From a virus (lineage: Duplodnaviria; Caudoviricetes): a DNA stretch of 39,462 bases. The DNA is taken from the IMG/VR virus record IMGVR_UViG_3300012200_000005, positions 1 to 39,462 of that record; one strand, 5' to 3'. This document shows, one piece after another, positions 14,850 to 21,446 of the stretch. A model generated the notes under the pieces. The model was given only the letters and a program-made list of their open reading frames with translations. It had not been told where the DNA came from and made no database searches. Both the position numbers and the translations under genes were made by a program. The stretch's first letter is position 1; the number at the start of each line of letters is the position of its first letter.

Positions 14850-15059
14850 GTGCCAGATGCCCGCCCCTATCACCTCGTGGACGCCGCCGAGTACGACACC
14901 AGCCCCGAGGCGGAGGCGAGCTACGTGGGCGACCTCGATGCGCGGCGCGCGCTATGGCACGGCGTATGGGATTGGGTGATCCGCGAGTGCGAGCGATTGG
15001 CGAGCGAGCAGGAGGCTACGCCGCCGCCCGCCCACCATCGAATCGCCAGGCGACCCTGA
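14850..15059 (+). CDS. small protein convergent on the integrase; candidate recombination directionality factor
   Basis: 69-aa ORF overlapping the 3' end of the recombinase and placed behind array C. The RDF role is positional inference only. Confidence 0.5.
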   Translation: MPDARPYHLVDAAEYDTSPEAEASYVGDLDARRALWHGVWDWVIRECERLASEQEATPPPAHHRIARRP

Positions 15060-16761
15060 TCGTCTTCCCTCGCGTCGATAGTGGCCTAAGCCACAAGTCG
15101 CTTTTGCCACTATCGACGCGGTCGATGGGCAGCGACGCCTCGATCTCGTAAGGCGGCAAACCCCACGTGCCGGCTTGAGCGCGGTTGCTCACCGTGATAC
15201 GGACGCCGAGCGCGAGCAGGGTGCGCTGGCGCTCCTCGAACGGCATATTGTCGAGTGCCTGCGCGAGCTGCGGACCGAGACGAAGTCTGAGCTGCTCGAC
15301 GTGGTCGCGCGCGCGTGCCACCGTTGCGCCGCGGCGCTCGACGTGTCCACGCTCAACTTCCAGAGCCGCACGCTGCTCGGCCAACTCGTTCATCTGCTTG
15401 GTGATCAGGACCACCACAGCGTCTTTCGCGGTGCCTAGCGCCAGCGTGTAATTGGCGAGCTGTGCGTCGATGTCGGCAATGCGCGCGGCGATCGCCGACA
15501 GATCCAGGCCGACGTGGTCTGCCTCGGCGAGGCGGCGCAGCTCGGCGTCGAGAAAACCTTCCTCGTCAAGTAGCCGCTTGACGTGATCCCACACCGCCGC
15601 GTCCATGTCCTGGCTGTTTGCCGATGTGCGCGTCGGACCACCCGGACGGTGAGTGTCCCCGGCATTACCGTGGCAAATATAGACGGAGTAGCCGGACTTA
15701 TAGGTCCGGGCGATGAGCGACCCGCCGCATTCAGCGCAACGGAGAAAGCCGCCGCGGAGCAGGAAACCCTCAGGGGTGTGGTTGTTGCGCGCCGCGAGCG
15801 CCTTGTTGGCCTGCCGCACTACCTCTGCGGCCTGCCACGTCGCTTCAGTTACTAGCGGCGGGTAGACGCCTTCCTTGAGGGGCACCCACTCTTCGCGCAG
15901 CCGAGGGCGGGTGATCTTCTTGCCGTTTCTCCTGGTGACCGACCAGCGATTCGCAAAACTGCGGCCAGCGTATGCGTCGTTGCTCAGGATGACCGAGAGC
16001 GTGCCGGTCTTCCAGCGCACCTTACCTGCCGGCGTAAGGATGCCGTCGCGAATCAGATCGGCGCAGATCGCGCGCAGCGGGCGACCGGACTCAACCTCGG
16101 CAAAGATCCGCTTGACCACGCGCGCGGTGGTCGGCTCGGGCTCACAGAAGCAGTTCTTGTCGCGGCGCGAATCGCTGAGAGGTGTGGCCCACCGATACCC
16201 GTAGGGTGGCCTGCCGGCGCCGTATGGCTTGCCGTTTTCGATCACGCGCTCGCGCTTGCCGCGATTGGTGCGCTCTTTGATGGCGTACAGCTCTTTCTTG
16301 GCGACGTAGCCGGCGACACTGCGCAAGAGCTGGCCCTCGGCAGTGTCGTCGAAGTGCTGCAACACGAAGCGCACCTGGAGTTCGGCACGCTTGGCCTCAT
16401 CGAGCACGAGGTCCATATAGAACGGCTCGCGCGCGAAGCGGCTGACATCGTAGAAGTAGACGATGTCGAAAAGCTTCGACTTGAAGTCGGCGCGCAGACG
16501 AGTCAACGACGGGCGCTCCCATAGCTCCTCGGCGGTGTGGACCTCCCAATAGACGTGCTCGGGACGAATACTGACACCGTCCTCAGTCGCGCGCCTAAGC
16601 TCGGCCTTGAGTTGCGAGACAAGCGACCAGCCCTCTTCCTGACCAGGGCTCGACACCCGCGGGTAGACGGCACCGAACGGACCATCTAGCGGGCGCTCTG
16701 CATAGAACGAAAGCCACACTTGCCAGGCGTCATGGGGCAAGCCCTCAGGACAGTCGTTCAT
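15016..16761 (-). CDS. large serine recombinase (integrase)
   Basis: Catalytic YPRVSS..Q...SL..Q, DVSRFAR, PPYGY recombinase domain, zinc ribbon LRCAECGG...YIC, coiled coil. Confidence 0.95.
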   Translation of the reverse strand: MNDCPEGLPHDAWQVWLSFYAERPLDGPFGAVYPRVSSPGQEEGWSLVSQLKAELRRATEDGVSIRPEHVYWEVHTAEELWERPSLTRLRADFKSKLFDIVYFYDVSRFAREPFYMDLVLDEAKRAELQVRFVLQHFDDTAEGQLLRSVAGYVAKKELYAIKERTNRGKRERVIENGKPYGAGRPPYGYRWATPLSDSRRDKNCFCEPEPTTARVVKRIFAEVESGRPLRAICADLIRDGILTPAGKVRWKTGTLSVILSNDAYAGRSFANRWSVTRRNGKKITRPRLREEWVPLKEGVYPPLVTEATWQAAEVVRQANKALAARNNHTPEGFLLRGGFLRCAECGGSLIARTYKSGYSVYICHGNAGDTHRPGGPTRTSANSQDMDAAVWDHVKRLLDEEGFLDAELRRLAEADHVGLDLSAIAARIADIDAQLANYTLALGTAKDAVVVLITKQMNELAEQRAALEVERGHVERRGATVARARDHVEQLRLRLGPQLAQALDNMPFEERQRTLLALGVRITVSNRAQAGTWGLPPYEIEASLPIDRVDSGKSDLWLRPLSTRGKTIRVAWRFDGGRAAA

Positions 16762-16890
16762 TGCTGGTCGTCTGACGCCGAGCGCGCCGGCTTGTCTTGG
16801 TTACACTGGTCATTGCAGATTCAGTCCTTTCCAAATGTCGAGTCTGCCAACGCCCCGGCTGCGTCCTGGCAGCGCGGGGCACTTTTGTGG

Positions 16891-17112
16891 TCAGGGTACT
16901 GGCGTGGTCAAGTCGGTGACCGCGGCGCCGAGCGCGCGGGCCAGCTTGCGGATGGTGCTGACGCGGGGTTGGCGGGCGTCGGCTTCCAGGTAGACGATGG
17001 TTGACTCCTCGACGCGCGCCTTCCGGGCGAGGTCCTTCTGGCTGAGGGCCTGGCGCAGCCTGAGCAGGCGCAGTCGTTCGCCGAAGCCACCTTCCAGGGT
17101 TGATACGGGCAT
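16891..17112 (-). CDS. XRE-family HTH repressor (73 aa, probably leaderless)
   Basis: FGERLRLLRLRQALSQKDLARKARVEESTIVYLE...STIRKLARALG. TATCAT lies 6 nt before ATG 17112. Confidence 0.9.
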   Translation of the reverse strand: MPVSTLEGGFGERLRLLRLRQALSQKDLARKARVEESTIVYLEADARQPRVSTIRKLARALGAAVTDLTTPVP

Positions 17113-17160
17113 GCCAGAATGATACTTGCATTGAGTATCTAGTACCAGTATGCTCCTGGC
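17113..17160. promoter_or_regulatory. back-to-back divergent promoters with a shared operator
   Basis: Plus strand TTGCAT(17126)-17 bp-TATGCT(17149). Minus strand TATCAT (17124-17119). Dyad GATACT-N7-AGTATC at 17121-17139. Confidence 0.75.
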
Positions 17161-17253
17161 GTGGCTTCGCTCCGAGAGAGCGGACCCGCCCGCAGTGTCA
17201 GCTGCGAACGGGCCCAGGGAGCCAACACCTACTGGAGAGGTGAAGAACCCCCA

Positions 17254-17613
17254 ATGACCAGCGTATCGCTCAAACGCCTGACCAGTTTCGACTACGGCCA
17301 GGGCATCGGTTATCTCGAGGTGTGGGTCAACCCCAGCACGGTCGCCTACGTCCAGTCCCGTCGCCGCTACGAGTCCAAGACTGACCGCCACTCCCTAGAC
17401 GGCACGCTCATTTACTTCCAGGAAGAGGCCGGCGTGCTCGCGGTCAAGGAGTCGATCGGCCAGGTCGTGGCGGTGCTGAGTGCCGGCGACAAGGGCATCT
17501 GCCGCGACTGCTACCAGCTGCTCGCCGAAGCCTGGTGCACGCTCTGCGATGACTGCCGTCGCGGTCGTCACGCCGGCGTCGACGCTGACCCGGACGAAGC
17601 GACCGTCGCGTGA
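17254..17613 (+). CDS. hypothetical protein with C-terminal CxxC..CxxC zinc finger
   Basis: ORF 17161..17613; likely ATG 17254 after GGAGAGG. Contains CRDC and CTLCDDC. Confidence 0.65.
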   Translation: MTSVSLKRLTSFDYGQGIGYLEVWVNPSTVAYVQSRRRYESKTDRHSLDGTLIYFQEEAGVLAVKESIGQVVAVLSAGDKGICRDCYQLLAEAWCTLCDDCRRGRHAGVDADPDEATVA

Positions 17614-17879
17614 CGGTGAGCGCCGATCCGTCCGCCGCGTACTTCGCGTGGCGGCACTACCACCCGTCTGAATCCGAAAACCCGTCGGCCGTGTGGGGCG
17701 CCGCCTGGCGCGCCGGCGGCCGCGCGGCCATCGCCGCCTCCAGCGAGCTCGCCGAGCTGGTGCCCGTCCTGCGCGGCCTGCTCGAGACGCTCGAGGATGG
17801 CTACGTCGAGCAGCAGGTTGCTGCGAACGACCGTCGCCCGAAATGGGACGAGGATGACGACACGCGGGTGAGCTGGTGA
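17610..17879 (+). CDS. hypothetical protein, paralogue of 13220..13486
   Basis: Shared FAW..HP.E.E.PSA.W.AAW.AG block; GTGA coupling. Confidence 0.7.
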   Translation: MTVSADPSAAYFAWRHYHPSESENPSAVWGAAWRAGGRAAIAASSELAELVPVLRGLLETLEDGYVEQQVAANDRRPKWDEDDDTRVSW

Positions 17880-18256
17880 GCAGCCCGAACGGAGCTTCGG
17901 GCGATCACGCCTACCCGATGACCGTCGAAGGCGTCGTCGAGGCGGTCAACGCGAAGGGCATCCGCATCAACGGCGAGTGGTTCAACGTCTCGCAGTTCAA
18001 GCCGGTGGCGCTGCCCGAGCAGGGCACACTGGTGCGGCTCGAGGTCCAGCCCAAGGGCTTCATCAAGACGCTGCAGGTCATTCAAGCCACACCTGAGAGC
18101 GGAACTCCCGCAGCTTTCTCCACTGCCCGCGACGACCGCATCAGTCGCCTGGCGGTGCTCAAGGCCGCGGCCGCCTTCGGTGCCAGTCGTCCAGATGCGC
18201 GCTCAAACGACGTGCTGAAGATCGCTGACGCCTGGCTGGCGTGGGTCAACCAGTAG
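17876..18256 (+). CDS. putative OB-fold ssDNA-binding-like protein
   Basis: Beta-rich N-terminal half, a linker, then the C-terminal I.R.A.LKAA...VL.IA..W..WV helical motif seen in phage SSB-like proteins. Confidence 0.45.
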   Translation: MSSPNGASGDHAYPMTVEGVVEAVNAKGIRINGEWFNVSQFKPVALPEQGTLVRLEVQPKGFIKTLQVIQATPESGTPAAFSTARDDRISRLAVLKAAAAFGASRPDARSNDVLKIADAWLAWVNQ

Positions 18257-18259
18257 ATC

Positions 18260-18523
18260 ATGCCTGACTTTCTTCCCTACGCCATCCTGCTCGTGATCAT
18301 GTCGCCGTACGTGGTCATCATCATCAGCGCTACCCGTGACACGTGGGCCACGTCGCACTGGCTCACGGTACGCAACTGGATGATTGCCATCGTCGGCATT
18401 GGCGGAGGCCTGTTTGTGATCGACCACATGACCGCCAACGCCTTCCTGGGCTTATTGTTTACAGGTGGCGTGTTGGGACTGCTGTTCCTTGCGCACGCGC
18501 TCGGCCTGGGCGGACCGAAGTAA
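18260..18523 (+). CDS. small multi-pass membrane protein
   Basis: 87 aa with three hydrophobic spans. Confidence 0.65.
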   Translation: MPDFLPYAILLVIMSPYVVIIISATRDTWATSHWLTVRNWMIAIVGIGGGLFVIDHMTANAFLGLLFTGGVLGLLFLAHALGLGGPK

Positions 18524-18524
18524 G

Positions 18525-18725
18525 CTACAGACCACCGAGCAGTCGCGGGATCAGCACGACGAGCACGAACAGGGTGATCGCCACGCCCGCCAGGAGCAGG
18601 CCCGCAGTCGTAAAACGTGCCTCCCATCGATCAACCTGGCCGCCCACGCGTCGGCGCTCGTAGCCCACGCTGAAAGTGATGTCCAGTCTCAACCCCGAGC
18701 GACGGTCGCTGTTGTCGTCATCCAC
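18525..18725 (-). CDS. small membrane protein (MDDDNS...)
   Basis: 66 aa with a C-terminal TM span. Its start region (24 bp) is repeated at 19383-19406. Confidence 0.6.
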   Translation of the reverse strand: MDDDNSDRRSGLRLDITFSVGYERRRVGGQVDRWEARFTTAGLLLAGVAITLFVLVVLIPRLLGGL

Positions 18726-18729
18726 GTCA

Positions 18730-18757
18730 GGTCGCGCTAAGGGCAGTTATCTCTATC
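18730..18757 (+). other. dif-like site S1
   Basis: GGTCGCGCTAA-GGGCAG-TTATCTCTATC (11-6-11 layout). Confidence 0.45.
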
Positions 18758-19004
18758 AAGTGTTCCGCTCAGCACGATCAAGCGCCAGGCGCCAACTTTC
18801 TATGGCTGCCAGCAGTTGTGCATTCTCTACCCGTAGCCGCTCGTTCTGGTTGCTCAAGTCTCGCCAGTCGCTGAGTAGCTTGACGACATCGATCAGGGGC
18901 GGGCGGAAGGGCTCGATGGCCATCGCCTGCTGAATGCGCTCGACAAGAGCGAGGTACTCGTCTTCGGACATCGGGCCAACGTAGCTGACGGGGTTGTTAG
19001 TCAT
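18756..19004 (-). CDS. hypothetical coiled-coil protein lying exactly between S2 and S1
   Basis: MTNNPVSYVG... starts in one arm of S2 and stops at the edge of S1. Confidence 0.55.
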   Translation of the reverse strand: MTNNPVSYVGPMSEDEYLALVERIQQAMAIEPFRPPLIDVVKLLSDWRDLSNQNERLRVENAQLLAAIESWRLALDRAERNT

Positions 19005-19023
19005 AGCGGCACTTATGGACAAG
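18996..19023 (+). other. dif-like site S2
   Basis: GTTAGTCATAG-CGGCAC-TTATGGACAAG. Confidence 0.45.
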
Positions 19024-19231
19024 CTTTGAGAGACTCGCCTCGTAATTCATGGGCGTGATGGAAAGCTTGCCGCCAAGCGTCCCGCTCTTCTGCGAGCATC
19101 GCATTTGCCCCCCGCAGCCGCTCGATCTCAGCGCGGCACTGGCAATGGCATGCCGGGCCATCGCACATATGCCCGTGGCAGTCTCCACGCTGACAGTCGG
19201 CGCACTCGTCTTTGGTAGCTATAACCGTCAT
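19013..19231 (-). CDS. small Cys-rich protein with CRAEIERLR motif
   Basis: MTVIATKDECADC...; TGATG-coupled to the LuxR remnant. Its stop codon lies inside S2. Confidence 0.6.
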   Translation of the reverse strand: MTVIATKDECADCQRGDCHGHMCDGPACHCQCRAEIERLRGANAMLAEERDAWRQAFHHAHELRGESLKACP

Positions 19232-19383
19232 CAGAAGCACCCCGCGCTGACATCGTCGCCCGGCGGCAGGTAGTGCTGCACTGGCGTCCAGCCCGTGGCA
19301 AACAGCAGGATCACCTGGCCTCGCGCGCTGACGTCGGCCTTGCGGTTGATGGAGTTCAAGTGGCTCTCCACGGTCTTCAGGCT
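19231..19383 (-). pseudogene. diverged C-terminal fragment of the LuxR-type HTH gene
   Basis: SLKTVESHLNSINRKADVSARGQVILLFATGWTPVQHYLPPGDDVSAGCF* aligns with the translation of 19941-19786. Confidence 0.85.
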
Positions 19384-19406
19384 CGCTGTTGTCGTCATCC
19401 ACGTCA
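19383..19406. repeat. 24-bp direct repeat of 18706-18729
   Basis: TCGCTGTTGTCGTCATCCACGTCA is identical at both sites. Confidence 0.9.
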
Positions 19407-19410
19407 ACTA

Positions 19411-19438
19411 GGCGGTGCTAACGGCACTTATGTTTGCC
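19411..19438 (+). other. dif-like site S3
   Basis: GGCGGTGCTAA-CGGCAC-TTATGTTTGCC. Confidence 0.5.
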
Positions 19439-19589
19439 AAAGGTAGCGCGGGGCGATGTGGACGCCGCTTAGCTTGCCGCAACCAAGGCACCGAAACCCC
19501 ACCATGACATCGTCAGCCACAGACCATGTCACCACGTCGCCGTGATTCGAGCCGAGTCGGTGGGCGAGCCAATGCTTGAGAGTCCTCAT
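19428..19589 (-). CDS. 53-aa hypothetical protein (MRTLKHWLAHRLG...CLGCG)
   Basis: TGATG coupling to the upstream gene; its stop codon lies inside S3. Confidence 0.55.
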   Translation of the reverse strand: MRTLKHWLAHRLGSNHGDVVTWSVADDVMVGFRCLGCGKLSGVHIAPRYLWQT

Positions 19590-19768
19590 CAAGACCGCTT
19601 GAGCGCACGCCTGGCGATGTCTGGGACGCCAGTGAATTCGGGTGCCACGTCCTCTATCTCCTGAAGGAACGCCCGCAGCCGCTCAATCTCAGCACGGCAC
19701 GCGAGATGCACGTCGCTGGTCACCTGTGCATTGAGAACGCCGGCTTCACGAACGGGTAGGTCTGTCAT
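19589..19768 (-). CDS. 59-aa hypothetical protein with CRAEIERLR motif
   Basis: Manual translation MTDLPVREAG...ACRAEIERLRAFLQEIE... Confidence 0.55.
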   Translation of the reverse strand: MTDLPVREAGVLNAQVTSDVHLACRAEIERLRAFLQEIEDVAPEFTGVPDIARRALKRS

Positions 19769-19785
19769 GACCGTAAGCCTAGCCT

Positions 19786-20073
19786 TCAGAAGCAGCCCGC
19801 GCTGACATCGTCGCCAGGCGCCACGTAGTGCTCGACTGGTGCCATCGCGCGCGTAGCGAACAGCACGATCACCTCGCCTCGTGCAGTCGTACCGGCCTTA
19901 CAGTTGACAGCGGTCAAGTGACTCTCCACGGTCTTCAGGCTAAGCGTCAGGTGCCGCGCGATCTCGCGGTTGCTCGCGCCACGCACCAGGACCGACAGCA
20001 CACGCTGCTCGGCGGGCGTGATGGCGTAGCGCTCAAGCAGCGCATGGTTGAGCGGGCGCGGATCGATCAACAC
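19786..20073 (-). CDS. LuxR/GerE-family HTH protein
   Basis: ITPAEQRVLSVLVRGASNREIARHLTLSLKTVESHL. Confidence 0.9.
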   Translation of the reverse strand: MLIDPRPLNHALLERYAITPAEQRVLSVLVRGASNREIARHLTLSLKTVESHLTAVNCKAGTTARGEVIVLFATRAMAPVEHYVAPGDDVSAGCF

Positions 20074-20226
20074 TTAGAGCAGACGCGCCAGGGCCACTCC
20101 CCCGATCAACCCGCCCGTCACCAGGTCCAGCCTGCCGATCGCGACAAACACGACACACAGAATCAGCACGAGCAGCGCCAGTACCCAACCAACCGTCGCC
20201 CAGGCGGGCGCGCCTTGAATCACCAC
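20074..20226 (-). CDS. putative holin (50 aa, two TM spans)
   Basis: MVIQGAPAWATVGWVLALLVLILCVVFVAIGRLDLVTGGLIGGVALARLL; directly follows the peptidase gene. Confidence 0.55.
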   Translation of the reverse strand: MVIQGAPAWATVGWVLALLVLILCVVFVAIGRLDLVTGGLIGGVALARLL

Positions 20227-20227
20227 G

Positions 20228-20668
20228 TCAGACTACCCATATGCAGGAGAACCCTCCGAGCCGTTCGTAGTCGGCCCGACTCAAGACATCCCATATGCCC
20301 TTGTAGCCAGGGGCCGAATTGGCGACCCACAGATTGCTGCCTTGCACGCCGCGTACCCCCACCCAGTGGTACCAGCTCGCACCACTCATTAGCCCCGCCG
20401 TCTGAGCGTAGGTCGCGTACGCCTCATCGAAGTTCAGCCAACTCTGCTCCGTCTTCAGCCCAGCACTCGAGCGCAGGACTCTCTGCAACTCCGAGCCGCT
20501 GCCGTCCATCAGGCCATAGCTCGGATTGATGTTGCCCGTGTACCCGATGTCGTACACCACGGCTTCACGATTGGCGTACACGTCCAGGCCGCGGCTCATG
20601 AACGCGGCGCGCTCCATCCACTCGGTGGCACATGCGCTACACGACCAGTCGTAGAGCTGGCCAGGCAT
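20228..20668 (-). CDS. C39-like cysteine peptidase, candidate endolysin
   Basis: Q..DWSCSAC...WYHWVGV...VANS gives a papain-fold Q/C/H/N set. Lies next to the holin-like gene. Confidence 0.6.
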   Translation of the reverse strand: MPGQLYDWSCSACATEWMERAAFMSRGLDVYANREAVVYDIGYTGNINPSYGLMDGSGSELQRVLRSSAGLKTEQSWLNFDEAYATYAQTAGLMSGASWYHWVGVRGVQGSNLWVANSAPGYKGIWDVLSRADYERLGGFSCIWVV

Positions 20669-20708
20669 GCTCGTCCATAGATCGAACTCTGCGACGGGTT
20701 CGGTTGCT

Positions 20709-20894
20709 TCACCGAAAGGGCAACCGGTTAACCCGGTTATCCTCCTCGTAGTACCAGTACTGGCCGTCGCGGCCGAGCGTCAGGCTCACTTTGTGGCCCT
20801 CGTCCATGATGACGTAGCGCTCGTCGCTGCGGGCCTCATCACCGTTGTCGGTGATCGCCTGCGCCACGCCAGGTCCAACGTTGTAATCGGTCAT
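20709..20894 (-). CDS. 61-aa protein, possibly fused to the peptidase by a +1 frameshift
   Basis: ATGA-coupled to the upstream gene; ends CCC TTT CGG TGA. Confidence 0.55.
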   Translation of the reverse strand: MTDYNVGPGVAQAITDNGDEARSDERYVIMDEGHKVSLTLGRDGQYWYYEEDNRVNRLPFR

Positions 20895-21094
20895 GGCGCG
20901 CTCGCCACAATATGGTCGCCGTCGACGCTCAGGTACGCCGGGTCGTAGCGCGTCAGGTTGTCGTACTCGGCCATGTCGTGGATGACCGCTACCTGATTGC
21001 CCTGCCCGACACCGCCCGACGGCTCCATGCCGATGATCAGACGGTCACTTTGGCGGAACACCACCTGGAACATTTGCTCGCTCTGCTCAGCCAA
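20891..21094 (-). CDS. hypothetical protein
   Basis: 67-aa ORF overlapping both neighbours. Confidence 0.5.
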   Translation of the reverse strand: MAEQSEQMFQVVFRQSDRLIIGMEPSGGVGQGNQVAVIHDMAEYDNLTRYDPAYLSVDGDHIVASAP

Positions 21095-21446
21095 GTTGCC
21101 ACCTTCCTATTCCGTCCTGGCGATTGACGTTTAACCTGACGTGCGATTCGGGCGCCGCCGTACTGTCGCCGGGATCGATAGCTCCGCACGCGCAGCCATT
21201 GCGCTCGGTCTTGTTGACGAACATCTGCTGGACCTCGGCAGGTGCAGCGCCGCCGCCCACCGGGTGCGTCGAGGTCGCCCCGCAGCCGTCAGGGCACACG
21301 AGCACAATGCCGAAATGGTTGCCGCTTCCGTCCGGGTTGGTCGCCCATTCGACCTCGGCAACGGGGATCGTACCGCTGTGACCACCCTCGTCGAAGACCA
21401 CGTCGACGCTGCCGTCCGCGTTCAGAAGAACTGGTCGTACGCTCAT
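21087..21446 (-). CDS. hypothetical protein (tail-associated)
   Basis: 119 aa, ATGA-coupled to the tail fibre gene. Confidence 0.55.
   Translation of the reverse strand: MSVRPVLLNADGSVDVVFDEGGHSGTIPVAEVEWATNPDGSGNHFGIVLVCPDGCGATSTHPVGGGAAPAEVQQMFVNKTERNGCACGAIDPGDSTAAPESHVRLNVNRQDGIGRWQLG

Noticed and set aside
16762-16890. attP upstream of the integrase
   Set aside because: Plausible by position and lower GC, but I could not find a convincing dyad. An integrated copy is needed to define it.
19013-19402. 129-aa ORF starting MDDDNSEPEDRG as one real gene
   Set aside because: Its 5' part is the junction between the MDDDNS start and the LuxR remnant read out of frame; the credible gene starts at 19231.
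18730-19438. Integron attC sites
   Set aside because: There is no long imperfect hairpin between RYYYAAC and GTTRRRY ends; the 28-bp 11-6-11 form fits dif-like sites better.
18706-19941. Diversity-generating retroelement TR/VR pair or CRISPR array
   Set aside because: No reverse transcriptase or cas gene was recognised, differences are not adenine-specific, and the repeats are not regularly spaced.
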